Origin: Chiloscyllium plagiosum
Lineage: Eukaryota
Assembly: GCF_004010195.1 (NCBI RefSeq)
Contig: NC_057719.1
Coordinates: 1,397,604-1,417,603, forward strand
Length of the DNA: 20,000 bases
Reading direction: 5' to 3'
The position numbers and the translations under genes were made by a program. The notes below the pieces were generated by a model, which was given only the letters and a program-made list of their open reading frames with translations, had not been told where the DNA came from and did no database searches. Below, one piece after another: positions 1 through 11,321 of this stretch. Numbering within the stretch: the stretch's first letter is position 1; every line of letters starts with the position of its first letter.

Positions 1-676
1 CTAAACCGATTGGTAATTAAGTAGGCAAATGGAATTTTGTCCTTCGTTGCTGAAGGGATTGAGTTTAAAAGCAGGGAGGTTATGTTACAGCTGTACAGGG
101 CGCTGGTGAGGCCACACCTGGAGTACTGTGCAGTTTTGGTCTCCTTACTTGAGAAAGGATGTCCTGGCCCGGGAGGGGGTGCAGAGGAGGGTCACTGGGT
201 TGGTTCTGGAAGTTGAGGGGGTTGGCTTATGAGGAGAGACTGCGTAGACTGGGATTATATTCATTGGAATTCAGAAGAATGAGGGGGAATGTTGTAGAAA
301 CGTGGAAGATTATGAAGGGAATAGATGAGATAGAAATAGAGAGGATGTTTCCACTGGAGAGTGAAACTAGGACAAGAGGGCACAGCCTCAAAGTTAGGGG
401 GAGCAGGTTTAGGACTGAATTGAGGAGGAACGTCTTTACCCAGAGGGTGTAAATCTATGGAATTCCCTGCCCAGTGAAGTAGTTGAGGCTACCTCATTGA
501 ATGTTTTTAAAGTTGAGATAGATAATTTTTTGAATACTAAGGGAATTAAGGGTTACGGTGACAGTGCAGTAAGTGGAGCTGAGTCCATGAAAAGATCAGC
601 CAAGATCTTATTGAGTGGTGGAGCAGGCTCGAACAGCCGAATGGCCTACTCCTGCTCCTAACTCTTATGTTCTTAT
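1..676 (+). mobile_element. CR1-clade LINE, 3' fragment (ORF2 C-terminus plus 3' UTR/tail), running off the left edge
   Basis: Translates to CR1 ORF2 C-terminal motifs (LVRPHLEYC..; GLAYEERLRRLGLYSLEFRRMRG; TRTRGHSLKVRGSRFRTELRRNVFTQRV) with frameshifts; ends in ...cctactcctgctcctaactcttatgttcttat. Confidence 0.92.
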
Positions 677-1122
677 AAACCTCTATAAGATCACCCCTCA
701 CCCCTCTCTCCAGGGAAAACAGCCCCAGCCTGTTCAGCCTCTCCCTATAGCTCAAACCCTCCAACCCTGGCAACATCCTTTATAAATCTTTTCTGCACCC
801 TTTCAAGTTTTGCAACATCCTTCCTATTGCACGGAGACCAGAAATGCATGCAGTATTCCAAAAGTGGCCTAACCAATGTCCAGTATAGCTGCAACATGAC
901 TTCCCAACTTCTGTACTCAATGCACTGACCAGTAAAGGCAAGCATTCCAAATGCTGCCTTCACTATCCTATCTACCTGTGACTCCACTTACAAGGAGCTA
1001 TGAACCTGCACTGCAAGGTCTCTTTAATCAGCAACACTCCCCAGAACCTTACCATTAAGTGTGTCGGTCCTCTTCTGATTTGCTTTTCCAAAATGCAGCT
1101 ACTCACATTTATCTAAATTAAA
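677..1122 (-). mobile_element. CR1/HER1-like LINE ORF2 fragment
   Basis: ORFs 745-987 and 546-776 (QVDRIVKAAFGMLAF..LVRPLLEYC..WSP; LPGLEGLSYRERLNRLGLFSLE); closely resembles the copy at 10980-11320. Confidence 0.92.
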
Positions 1123-1127
1123 TAGGG

Positions 1128-1350
1128 ACTATCTGTATCTGCACCCTGTCAAAATCTAAGAATTTTGTAATCTTCAATCATCTTTACTCATTCTTCAAAA
1201 CTCTGTGGAATACAGTTCCAGCCTTTACAATCTCTCCTTGCAAGACAGTCCTGGCGCTGATCTGGTGAACCTTCATGCACACTCTCCCTAACAAGAATAT
1301 CCTTCCTTCAATTACGAAACCAAAACCAAGACTAAAACTATGTTCTCCAG
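1128..1350 (-). mobile_element. Old, degenerate CR1 ORF2 fragment
   Basis: Diverged similarity to the other CR1 copies (tcattcttcaaaactc..aatctctcctt..ctggtgaaccttc..atatccttcctt). Confidence 0.55.
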
Positions 1351-1959
1351 AGATTTGGAGGGAAAGGTGCGAGAAAGGTTAGATGGGTTCAGTGCTGGAG
1401 GGATGGTTAGTGCTGGTTATCGTCCGGGGGTACAGGCAGTGACTCAGTCTGACAAAGAAGTGCATCACATCATTGATCCCGTGTGCAGTACATGGCTGTT
1501 GTGTAATGCAGGAGCGGATTCTGCAGGAAGTGATCATGTGGTTTGCTGTTGATATTTGTAAATGCTGAAATTAAAGTGTTACAGACTTGGCACCTGCCTC
1601 ACTGGCAGCACACGGTGTTAACTTGCCTCACCATGAGGTAATGTTGCTGGATTTACAATGATTCACAAACACCACTGAGGGTGTTGATTTCCTCACTGTT
1701 AATGAATTGATCATGCCAGCACTGATGTCATCGAATTTAATATTTAGACATGAATAAACAAAACAAAAATCCGTCTGTGAGGGATCAGTATCCATGCTTG
1801 AAGTTACTTCCTCAGTGTAGCCTGGGTCTCAGACAAGTAGGTTTCTGTTCTGTATTTATTGACCAGCTCACCCTACAGACACACTTCCTATAAGCCAGTT
1901 GGATGGTGTGGTTTGTTAGCGCAGACAGTTGTGTGTTGTCCACTGATACTGTTGCAGAT

Positions 1960-2220
1960 GTCTGAGTCAGCAAGTCATGGCTTTGACTGCCACTTCAGAC
2001 TCTTGAGTACACAATTCAGGCTGATATTCTCAATGCTTTCCTGCATATTGCAGCACTCTTGGAAAGAGCCACCTTTTGGATCAGACAAAATCTTGTCTTA
2101 CTCCCTGGATGGTTGTAAAAGATATCACAGAGAACATGAGAGTGTTCTCCCCAGTGTTGTTGGCCTATATAATGACCAAAACCAGCATTACTGAAAGCAG
2201 CTTACCCGGTCAGTGCCACA
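1960..2220 (+). mobile_element. Deu-domain SINE (SacSINE1-like), degenerate
   Basis: tctgagtcag..ccacttcagactcttgagtacacaattcaggctgata..gtaaaagat..gagtgttctccccagtgt..accagcattactgaaagcag matches the recalled shark DeuSINE layout; its 3' part matches minus copies at 2680-2900 and 18275-18492. Confidence 0.7.
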
Positions 2221-2254
2221 CATGACAGCAACGTAACATCAAACATGCATCCTA

Positions 2255-2430
2255 AATGTAACATCTAAAGTGCTTTGTCTGAAAATAATAAAGCAGGTAT
2301 AATACTAAACCACATGGTTATGAGGGTAAATGACCAAAAGCTCAGTCAAAGAGGTGAGTTTTAAGTTGTGTTTGTAAAGGAAGGCGGTGAGATGGAGAGG
2401 CAGGAGGGGTCAGGGTAGGAATTCCAAAAT
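2255..2430 (-). mobile_element. L2-clade LINE 3' end fragment
   Basis: tgaccaaaagctcagtcaaagaggtgagttttaag..gagatggagaggcaggaggggtcagggtaggaattcca is the reverse complement of the L2 3' region also seen at 6577-6765. Confidence 0.65.
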
Positions 2431-2679
2431 TACTATATTCAGGTGAAGGCGTTGCATGATGTAGACCAAACTGGGCTCCATCCTCGTGTACATTGCCTTG
2501 TCCCAGTTTCTCTATGATAATATGCTGCTGGTGTTGTCTAGTACTCTGATCTCAGAACACAATCCCAGACAATTCTTCAAATTGGATTAGGGTGAATCGT
2601 AGTTACAGTTGAAATATGGACTAGGCAAGAACTGAAAAAGCAGTAGGACTGAAGGGTGAAGTTGTAATGCTTAAGAAAG

Positions 2680-2900
2680 AAAGGATTTACATTGTTTCTT
2701 TCCTGCCAGGTTGCCAGGTTTCCGGGTGTCCCCACCCATTTTGTGACCTTCTGGCACTTGTTGAAATGTAGTCTCGGTGTAATGTGGGAAGTCTGACAAC
2801 CAAATTGCTCATAGCAAGCTCCCACAAATACTGGGAAGCGAATGAGCAAATGGCAAATCTGTTTTAGTAATGTTGTTTGAGGGATAGGTGTTGACAGGGA
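2680..2900 (-). mobile_element. Deu-domain SINE, 3' part
   Basis: gtaatgtgggaa..caaccaaattgctcatagcaagctcccacaaa..aatctgttttagtaatgttgtttgagggata; parallel to 18345-18450. Confidence 0.75.
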
Positions 2901-2960
2901 GTGAGTGAATTAGGACAGTAAAACCCAGCCAATTTTCCTGTTCCCATCTGGGGACACACT

Positions 2961-3756
2961 CATAGAACATAAAACAATACAGCACAGAACAGGCCCTTCG
3001 GCCCTCGATGTTGCGCCGACCTGTGAACTATTCTCAGCTCGTCCCCCTACACTATCCCAAAATCATCCATGTGCTTATCTAAGGATTGTTTAAAATTTCC
3101 CTATTGCGACTGAGTTGACTACATTAGCAGGTAGGGCATTCCATGCCCTTACCACTCTCTGCGTAAAGAACCTGCCTCTGACATCTGTCTTAAAGCTATC
3201 ACCCCTCAATTTGTAGTTATGCCCCCTCGTACATGCTGACATCATCATCCTAGGAAAAAGACTTTCACTGTCTATCCTATCTAATCCTCTGATCATCTTG
3301 TATGTCTCTATCAAATCCCCCCTTAGCCTTCTTCTCTCCAATGAAAACAGACCCAAGTCTCTCAGTCTTTCCTCATAAGACCTTCCCTCCAGACCAGGCA
3401 ACATCCTGGTAAATCTCCTCTGCACCTTTTCCAATGCTTCCACATCCTTCCCAAAATATGGCAACCAGAACTGTACACAATATTCCAAGTGTGGCTGCAC
3501 CAGTATTTTGTATAGTTACAGCTTGGTACGGTGGCTCTGGAACTCAATCCCTCTACCAATTAACATACTGTATGCCTTCTTAACAGCACTATCCACCTGG
3601 GTGGCAACTTTCAGGGATCTATGCATATGGATTCCAAGATCCCTCTGCACATCCACACTACTAAAAATCTTTCCATTGATCCAGTATTCTGCCTTCCTGT
3701 TATTCTTCCCAAAGTGCATCACCTCACATTTAGCTGCATTGAACTCCATTTGCCAC
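2961..3756 (-). mobile_element. CR1-clade LINE, 5'-truncated, with intact 3' tail
   Basis: ORFs 3516-3767 (WQMEFNAAKCEVMHFG..QRDLG) and 3090-3500 (PHLEYCVQFW..LEKVQRRFTRMLPGL..FFTQRVVRAWNALP); tail catagaacataaaacaatacagcacagaacaggcccttcggccc. Confidence 0.95.
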
Positions 3757-3824
3757 AACCAGGGCACAAACAGTGCATCTTCTCACGAGGAAGGGAATGG
3801 AGTGGTCAGTAGACTGTACTCCTG

Positions 3825-4598
3825 GAAACTTGAGTGCTTGGTGTGTAATGGTGCAGTGATAACAATCTCTCCCTCACTGTCAGCAAAACTAAAGAACGGA
3901 TCATCAACTTCAGGAAGCAAGGAAGAAGGCACAGCCCGATCCAAATCAACGGAGCTGAGATGGAGATGGTCAAGAGTGTCAAGTTCCTAGGAGTGACGAT
4001 CACCAACAATCTGTCCTTGATAACCCATGTTGATGTGATGGTCAAGAAGGCTCAGGAGGCAAAGGAAATTCAGCGGGTCTGTAAGGACAACCACAAACTT
4101 TAACAGATGCTCCATAAAAAAGCATTCTATCTGGATGCATCACAGCTTAGTACGGCAACTGCTCTGCCCAGGACCATAACAAACTACAGAGAATTGTGGA
4201 CACAGCCCAGACCATCACACAAACCAACCTTCCTTCCATTGACTCCGTCTATACTTCTTGATTCTGCAGAAAGATAGCTAATATCGTCAACACCCCTCCC
4301 ACACTGGTTTTAATCTCTTCTAACCTCTTCTGTTGGGCAGAAGATACAAACGCTTAAACACACACACCAACAGATTGAAGAACAGCTTCTTCCCTGCTGT
4401 TGTTAGACTGCTGAATGGGCCTCTCAGATTTCAAATTGAATGTTGATCTTACTTTTTGTACACCTTTTTTCCAGCTGTAACCTTATATTCCTCGCTACGT
4501 TCAATCCCCCTATGATCTTTCTATGTTATGATCTACTTGTATTGCACATAAAACAAAACTTTTCACTGTACTTAAGTACATGTAATGATAAATCAAAT
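3825..4598 (+). mobile_element. Rex1/Babar-clade LINE, 5'-truncated
   Basis: A frame from ~3848 reads WCSDNNLSLTVSKTKERIINFRKQGRRHSPIQINGAEMEMVKSVKFLGVTITNNL..VKKAQ, typical of Rex1 post-RT sequence; later NSFFPAVVRLLN; 3' UTR ends aaaacttttcactgtac..ataaatcaaat. Confidence 0.88.
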
Positions 4599-4651
4599 TG
4601 AGTCATATGGGGTGCCTGAAAGCTAGTTTGAGGTGATGAGATGTGGCTTTT

Positions 4652-4955
4652 CCTTTTATCCATTCATGGGCTGTGAGTGTCACTGGGTGGACTAGCATTT
4701 ATTGCCCATCTCTAATTGCTCAGAAGACAATTAAGAGTCATCCATGTCACTGGGTCTGGAGTCACATATAGGCCAGACCAGGTACGATGCAGCTTTCTTT
4801 CCTCAAAGGATGGTGATGAACCCACTTGGGTCTTTACGATCAATGACAGTGGTTACATGATTTCCCCCAGGTTAGCTTTTCATTCCAGGGTTTTGTTAAA
4901 TTTAAATGCTCACCATCTGCCAGGGTGAGATTTGAACCCACTTCCCCCAGCATCT
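4652..4955 (-). mobile_element. tRNA-derived SINE with conserved core and CR1-type 3' tail (family not named)
   Basis: B-box-like tgggttcaaatctc on the minus strand near 4927-4940; core ttaagagtca..gggtctggagtcacatataggccagaccagg shared with 9145-9950; tail shared with the LINE at 11322-11497. Confidence 0.8.
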
Positions 4956-5179
4956 CCCGAATGGATGTTCAGTTAACTACCTAAACTGAATTGAGAAATA
5001 TCAAGCAGAGCGATATGGCCAGATCGCCTGATATTGGTCAAGAGATAATTAATAACCAGGACACCAAGTAGAACTGCCTGGTTGCCTCCTGAATACTGCA
5101 ATGCGATCATCTACCCAAAGGGGAACTGGAAATCTCATTTAATAACCCAACACCTTCAACAGTGGGCGCCACATTCTTC

Positions 5180-5716
5180 TCCCTGTCTGAGATTGAACAC
5201 GACTGTTAGTGTCCTTGGTGTTGTGTGTGATGAGTGTCTGACTACCTGTTCACTGCCTTACTAATATGGCATATTTCCACCCACATCACAATGACCATCC
5301 TCTGTGACTCAGACACATCCTGTCCATTTTCTATCTTCTGTAAGTTTAAAATCATCCAAAACTCTGCTGCCAGTGTGTAATTTGCCCCAGATACTGTTTA
5401 CCTACTCCCTCCTGTGTTCTCTGCCTTTTGCTTGACCCTCAGTTAAACATTGTATTGATTTTCAAAATTCTCACCCTTGCTTTTAAATCCCTTCATGGCC
5501 TGCTTTGTGCCTCCTTTTTGTAATCTCCTGAAGCTCACATTTCCAGGGGACTTATTTTGACTTCTTGAGCATCGCTAAAAACTGACATGGCCCAGTTTAA
5601 TTGATGAGCTTGCAACAAATTGCAAGGACATAATGGCCAGATTATTTGTCTCACTGATGTTGTTTGTGGGATAAATATTGGCATTTTGTTGATTCCTGAA
5701 GATGTAATCACTCCAT
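5180..5716 (+). mobile_element. L2-clade LINE fragment, left part (interrupted by a Deu-SINE piece at ~5585-5685 and an LTR at 5717)
   Basis: Remnant motifs IIQNSAA.. and IDFQ/KILTLAFKSLHGL (L2 ORF2 C-terminus); joins to 6577 across the LTR. Confidence 0.7.
5585..5685 (-). mobile_element. Deu-domain SINE fragment
   Basis: ataatggccagattatttgtctcactgatgttgtttgtgggataaatattggc matches the other Deu copies. Confidence 0.6.
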
Positions 5717-6425
5717 TGTTACGACATGGGGCAAACCCCTCTGCTAATGTAAACCCGACACACAGAGAAGTTCAGCTCGCGCCGTAATCTGTTACATTCG
5801 AGAGGCAAAGAACTATCCCCGAGGTCACTACTTAAAGTAAAAATTAACAATTTTATTCTTTAAGTCCAAAAGGTAACATTAAACAACAGCTATTTACAAC
5901 TCCTTTCTCTGAAACCTATCCTTTACCTCCCACCCTACAATACTGGTCCAATTTAAAAAAAAATCACATTTCAAAACCAGTCAGCTTTGTCGATTCTCCT
6001 TTGTAGATTTTTCTAGCTCAGCTTCGGTCTTCTGCGGCAAAATTTCTTATGAACCGGTACCTTTCAGAAAGCTATTCGGTGAGCAGACTATACTTGTTGG
6101 TTTTCTTGGCAGTTTTCCCCCTAACTGTTCAAAATGTCTGGTTTTATACCCCAAAACATCAGATCATTTCATTGGTTTGATATCATCAAAACACTAAATT
6201 CGAATTTGATTGGATTTTCGTATCTGGAGCATAATTCAAACTGATAGGTCGAATTTGAATTTGTTTTTATTCCATGGCAATGCAAATCCAACTATTTGTT
6301 TCAACTAAGTATTACATTTTTAAATTGTTCAGGACACTGTGCTTTCAGTCGGTCCTTGCTAGCTCCCTCTCTCTTTCCTGTCTCCCTCCATGTCTGTGTC
6401 TGTCTCTCCGTCTCTCTCTGTCTGT

Positions 6426-6481
<56 letters not shown>

Positions 6482-6537
6482 GTCTCTCTGTCTCTCTGTC
6501 TCTCTCTGTGTCTCTCTCTCTCACACACACACACACT

Positions 6538-6573
<36 letters not shown>
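5717..6573 (-). mobile_element. Probable solo LTR
   Basis: Starts TGTTACGA and ends ACA, flanked by CAT/CAT. On the minus strand, CCAAT (6209-6213, 6171-6175), TATAAAA (6142-6148) and AATAAA (5852-5857) occur in U3-R-U5 order. Interrupts a colinear L2. Confidence 0.65.

Positions 6574-6575
<2 letters not shown>
6366..6575. repeat. Compound microsatellite (CT)n / (GTCTCT)n / (CA)n
   Basis: Directly visible; source of the SLSL/ERER/THTH ORFs. Confidence 0.99.
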
Positions 6576-6576
<1 letters not shown>

Positions 6577-6765
6577 TGGTAGCAGCTTGGTCTTAAGCTC
6601 GGAATTCTGTCCCTGAATTCTTCTCTAAGTTCTTCCTTAAATCCCCTGTTTGGATAGCCTTTTTTGATCCCCTTTCCTATTATATGCTCCTGTTCCATTT
6701 TGCCGGGCCCATTTCTATGAAATACTGAGGTGTTTTTCAGAGTTATAGTAATACGGATGGTGATT
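6577..6765 (+). mobile_element. L2-clade LINE 3' end, right part
   Basis: taagctcggaattctgtccctgaa..ccttaaatcccctgtttggatagcctttttgatc; reverse-complement similarity to 2330-2430. Confidence 0.6.
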
Positions 6766-6774
6766 GTTAAATTG

Positions 6775-6834
6775 TTCCTGATGAAAGGCTTATGCCTGAA
6801 ACATCGATTCTGCTTCTCCTTGGATGCTTCCTGA
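6775..6834 (+). mobile_element. Short hammerhead-motif element (Penelope-terminus-like), truncated copy
   Basis: CTGATGA-a-AGGC-ttat-GCCT-GAAAC-ATC then gattctgcttctccttggatgct, as in the copies at 13174, 14758 and 19241. Confidence 0.8.
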
Positions 6835-6940
6835 AGAGTAACCCAAGCAGACCCATTCCCCGATCCTATTACTCTATGTTTACCCCTAATTAATGCACCT
6901 AATTTACACATCCCTGAATACTGCGGGCAATTTAGCATGG
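6835..6940 (-). mobile_element. HE1-like SINE internal fragment
   Basis: gaagagtaacccaagcagacccatt..atgcacctaa..gggcaatttagcatgg is the reverse complement of 12510-12582. Confidence 0.75.
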
Positions 6941-7302
6941 TTTGAGTTGGGGTTTCTGTGTGAATTATCTGAGCCTCCTAATCTTGTTAGATATCATGAT
7001 AGCAATTCAAGGTTTTCACATGTCCCTGTTTCTGTTAACCACCACCTACCAGTTTCCCTTCCAAACACATACAGGCGTCACAATGAAAATGGGAAAGGTT
7101 ATTGTGCTGCACTAACAGTGCATACAGACGTCAGGCTTCCAGGTTTGTTTGAATCCCTGGGTTTACTTGTTATAACCTGCAGTGTCTGAAGAGAATGCTG
7201 ACTGTTCCTGAGTCAGCCAAAACAGTCCAAGTAATTCCATGATATTTTTCTGCACGTATATCAATATCCAAAGTTAATAATGGAGCTTTTGTTTACAATA
7301 TT

Positions 7303-7612
7303 GTTTTTTGGGATGTTATTATCAGTGGCAAGGCCAGCCTTCACTATCCAATCCTAATTGCCCTGGAGGTGGTGGTGTTGAGCTGCAGGCCATGGGGATA
7401 CCAACAGTGCTTTTTAGAAGGGAATTCTAGGATTTTGATCCAGCAACAGTGAAGGAACAATGATATATTTCCAAGGCAGGATGGTGTGGGGTCTGCAGGT
7501 GCTGGTATTCCCACTATTTGCCCACTACTTTCTAGAGGGGTAAAGTTGTGGGTTTGGAAGATGTTGTCGAAGGAGCATTGGTGAGTTGCTGCAGTGCAGC
7601 TTGTAGTGTACT
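7303..7612 (-). mobile_element. CR1-like LINE 3' fragment (second family)
   Basis: gggaattctaggattttgatccagcaacagtgaaggaacaatgatatatttccaagg; homologous to 10165-10545 and 11322-11497. Confidence 0.78.
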
Positions 7613-7837
7613 ACCTGCTTTAATTCATCACTGTAACTGCTGGAATGCTTGTGATTGAACCACAAGTTGTTTGCAGACAACAAACCATTCACCTTATTCT
7701 AATATATCCATTCAGAAAGGCCGTAGAATTTCACTAACCAAATCTTTCACAATTACTAATTTTGTATCCATCACCCTGCTGACAATCTAATTGTTTATTT
7801 TGCCTCCTGCATTCTCAGTGTTCCTCAACTTGCCTTT

Positions 7838-8125
7838 CATAGAATTTATAGAATTTATACAATGCTGAAAGAGACCATTCAGCTCATCAAGTCTGCACCA
7901 CCCCTCCGAACAGCAACCCACCCAGACTCTACCCTCCACCCTAGCCCTGTAACCCTGAATTTCCCATGTCTAACCAACCTCGCCTGCATATCCCTGGACA
8001 CTATGGGCCAATGTTAAGTTTGGTCAATCCATCTAACCTGTATGGCATTTGTACTCTGCGAGGAAACCAGAGCAGCTGGAGGAAACCCACACAAACCAGG
8101 AGCACATGCAAACTCCTCACTGATT
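7838..8125 (-). mobile_element. HE1-like SINE (V-SINE), lacking its 5' head
   Basis: Tail catagaatttatagaatt; body gaggaaaccagagcagctggaggaaacccacacaaac..tgcaaactcc is the reverse complement of 12414-12473. Confidence 0.85.
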
Positions 8126-9144
8126 GGCATGCTTTATTTTTGGTACTGATCGAGGTGAACATTTCAAGCACTGTTTTGTATCTTGCACATATCTAGGTTG
8201 CTGCCTGTCACATCTGGCAAGGCTGACAATCCTCAGTTTCTCCACTCTATTCAAGAAGTCAGCCTCTTGTGACTCAAAATGCCTTGCTTTTATCATCTGA
8301 GCGATCAGTGGATGAGTTGTCTGACCAGAGAACTGTATGATTCAATTATGACTTCCTCTGAGTTGTACTGTAATGGTTACATACTGCAAAAGAACTGAAA
8401 AAGGTTAGGGAAACTCAGCAGGTCTGATTGCATCTTTGGATAGAACCAGAAACTGCATAATGATATAAAAAAAAACCAGAAACAACACATGGTTGACCAT
8501 AAATATGACCCGGTCAGCCATGTGTTTCAGCCAGGTCCTGCCCTACTGAACTTGGCTACTTACCAACACAACTTCAATACTTTCCATTTGTATAGTCTCC
8601 TCTGACTTGCATGAGTCTTCAATGCCTTACTTATTGCAGTTTGCAGAATTCGGGCCCTAATTATTTCTAGTCAAGCTGTCCTGCCATCCCTCGCACAGGT
8701 ACCCGTGACCCAATCTCTGGCTATTTTTGTAACTAAGTTAGTCCGTGATGGTATAGCTGAGCAAATGTTGGTGTTACCATAACCCAGTTTATATGGATAT
8801 TTGTATGAACACTTCTATCTTGGTGAGTCATTATACTGCTCTGTAATCAATGAACCATTTAGTTCAGGAAATCTTTTAGATTCTGCAAAGTGGAATAAAC
8901 CAGCCTGAATGATCACTGGTAATGGTGTCCAGAAATAGGAAGACAAAGAAGAAACCCATTCAACCACACAGAATTCCTTCAAATTTTTCCAGTTCTTTAT
9001 TGTTAGTTCCACTCCTTTGCTCACCTTGATGGCTACTATCACATTCTCTTCGACATGTTAATATTGACTATGGTTGCAACAGTGGCTTCCAAATCTTAAT
9101 CATTCATTGCTACTTCCCTTAAATGTCCATCCTTTGATTATCAA

Positions 9145-9950
9145 TTTAGTTTGTTTATGGGATGTAGGTGTCACTAGCTGTGTCTGTGTTTATTGTTCAT
9201 TTGTACTGTATAGAGGGCAGTTAACAGTCAACCACACTGGTCTGGAATCATGTCAGCCAGACCAGATAAGAGCAGCAGATTCTCTTCCCTAAAGGATGTT
9301 AGTGATCCAGTTGGCTTTTTATGACCATGGACAGTGGTTACATGGTCACAGTTAGGCTGATCTTCTGTACCAGATTTTTGTTGAATCCACATGTTATCAC
9401 CTGCCATGTTAGAACAACGAACAAAGAAAATTTACAGCCCAGGAACAGGCCCTTCGGCCCTCCAAGCCTGAGCCGATCCAAATCCACTGTCTAAACCTGT
9501 CACCCAATTCCTAAGCATCTGTATCCCTCTGCTCCCCACCTACTCATGCATCTGTCCAGATGCACCTTAAATGAATCTATCGTGCCCCCCCCTCAAATCT
9601 CCTTTTTTCTAATGAAAACAAACCTAACCTACTCAACCTCTCTTCATAGCTAGCACCTTCCATACCAGGCAACATCCTCGTAAACCTTCTCCAAAGCGTC
9701 CACATCCTTTTGGTAATGTGGCGACCCGAACTGTACACCGTATTCTAAATGCAGCCGAACCAATGTCTTGTCCAATTTTAACATGATCTGCCAGCTCTCA
9801 TACTCAATACCCCGTCTGATGAAGGCAAGACTATCATATGTCTTCTTGACCACACTATCCACCTGTGCAGCATTTGAACCCATGTACCAGAACGTTGTTC
9901 TGGGATTCAGTATTGTTAGTCCAGTGACTTTATCACCACATCACTGCCTT
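9145..9950 (-). mobile_element. tRNA-derived SINE (same family as 4652-4955), split by a CR1 insertion: pieces 9145-9408 and 9869-9950
   Basis: ..cacctgccatg | agcatttgaacccatg rejoin to match ..catctgccagggtgagatttgaaccca at 4914-4940. Confidence 0.8.
9409..9868 (-). mobile_element. CR1-clade LINE 3' fragment with internal deletions
   Basis: ORF 9650-9883 (QVDSVVKKTY..LAFIRRGIEY..LVRLHLEYGVQFGSP); tail agaacaacgaacaaagaaaatttacagcccaggaacaggcccttcggccc. Confidence 0.92.
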
Positions 9951-9974
9951 TGCTCAATATTGGAACCATTTTTA

Positions 9975-10075
9975 TTTCCAAAGTGCTATTATTGAAATCA
10001 TTCCTTGTAATTTGAGGAAACAAAAACAGCCAATTTGTGCACAGTAATTTTCCACATGGTAATGTTCAGGCCATA
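9975..10075 (-). mobile_element. Deu-domain SINE fragment
   Basis: ttgtaatttgaggaaac..cagccaatttgtgcacagtaa resembles 18345-18400. Confidence 0.55.
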
Positions 10076-10164
10076 TTTGTTACATTTTGAGCAGGTGAGC
10101 TCAACTGCACTTTTAATATTGTGATAAGATTTTTCTTATTTTTGTTTAATTCGGAATTTACATT

Positions 10165-10545
10165 TCACTAGTTGGGCCAGCACGGATTGCCCCATTTCTC
10201 ATTAATCTGAGATGGTGGCCTTCTTGAATCACTGTAGTTCATTTGATATCGGTTCATCCACAATACCATTAGTGATGGAGTTCCAGCACTTCGTCCCAGT
10301 AATACTGAAGGAATAATGATATATTTCCAAGTTAGTATGGTGAGTAGCTTGGAGAGGAACTTGTAGGTGTTCTAATCTAGCTCTTGTCCTTGTCCTTGGA
10401 GATGATGATGGCTTTAGGTTTGGAAGGTGTTGTCTCAGGAACCTCTGACGTTCTGCAGTCCATTCTATAACTGATACAGCCATGACTGAGCATCTGTGGT
10501 GAAAGCAGTGAATATTGTGAATGTGGTGCCAACCAAGTGAGCTAC
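10165..10545 (-). mobile_element. CR1-like LINE 3' fragment (second family)
   Basis: Homologous to 7303-7612; translation ..SFSITGTKCWNSITNGIVD..LQ. Confidence 0.78.
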
Positions 10546-10549
10546 TTTC

Positions 10550-10627
10550 AGTCAGTGGCCCTTGCGTCCATGTTATTGATGTGGATTGTAAATAGTTGAG
10601 AGCCCAACACTGATTCCTGCGGCATGA
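10550..10627 (-). mobile_element. CR1 reverse-transcriptase fragment
   Basis: Minus strand reads PQESVLGSQLFTIHINNMD, a degenerate [16 protein letters not shown] motif. Confidence 0.65.
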
Positions 10628-10630
10628 TAC

Positions 10631-11321
10631 TAGAGTCATAGCACAGAAACAGACCATTTGGTCCAACTTACTTGTGCTGACTAGACATCCCAATCTGATC
10701 TGGTCCCATTTGTCAGCATATGGCCCAGATCCCTCTAAACTTTGCCTGGTCACATGCCCATCCAGATACCTTTTTAAATATTGTAATTGTACCAGTCTCC
10801 TCCACTTCTTCTAGCAGTTCATTCCACACACACATACACCATCCTCTGCATGAAAAAGCTGCCCCTTTAATCCCTTTTAAATATTTCCCCACTCATCTTA
10901 AACTTATGCCTTCTGGTTTTGGGCTCCATACTCTAGGAGGAAAAGATCTTGTCTATTTACCCTATCCATACCCCTCATGATTTTATAAACCTCTATAAGG
11001 TGACCCTTGGCCTCTGATGCTCCAGGGAAAACAGCCCCAGCCTATTCAGTCTCTCTCTATAGCTCAAACCCTCCAACTCCGGCAACATCCTTATAAATCT
11101 TTTCTGAACCCTTTCAAATTTAACAACATCCTTCCTGTAGCAGGGAGACAAGAACTGAACACAGTAATCCAAAGGTGGCCTAACCAATGTCCTGTACAGC
11201 CATGACATGGTGTCTTAACTCGTATAATCAAGGCACTGACCAATAAAGACAAGCGGGCTAAATGCTGCTGCCTTCGCCCTTCTACTTGCACATTCACTTT
11301 CAATGAATTATGTACCTGCAC
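10631..11321 (-). mobile_element. HER1-like CR1 LINE, 5'-truncated, with 3' tail
   Basis: ORF 10993-11208 (LYRTLVRPPLDYCVQF..ERVQKRFIRMLPELEGLSYRERLNRLGLFSLE); 3' UTR matches 11720-11950 and 19816-20000. Confidence 0.93.

Noticed and set aside
1340..1552. 70-aa ORF ending GSDH in unique-looking sequence
   Set aside because: No recognisable homology or convincing splice donor; the SDH resemblance to APE endonuclease lacks supporting motifs.
3508..4045. 160-aa plus-strand ORF and overlapping ORFs
   Set aside because: Antisense or off-frame readings of the CR1 and Rex1 remnants, spanning their junction.
6274..6938. ORFs of 68-197 aa with SLSL/ERER/THTH runs
   Set aside because: They arise from the stop-free microsatellite.
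9020..9075. Strong minus-strand splice donor AG|GTGAG at ~9021-9027
   Set aside because: No good acceptor or recognisable reading frame upstream; such motifs occur by chance.
10229..10753. 174-aa minus-strand ORF
   Set aside because: Runs across three unrelated repeat fragments; chance open frame.
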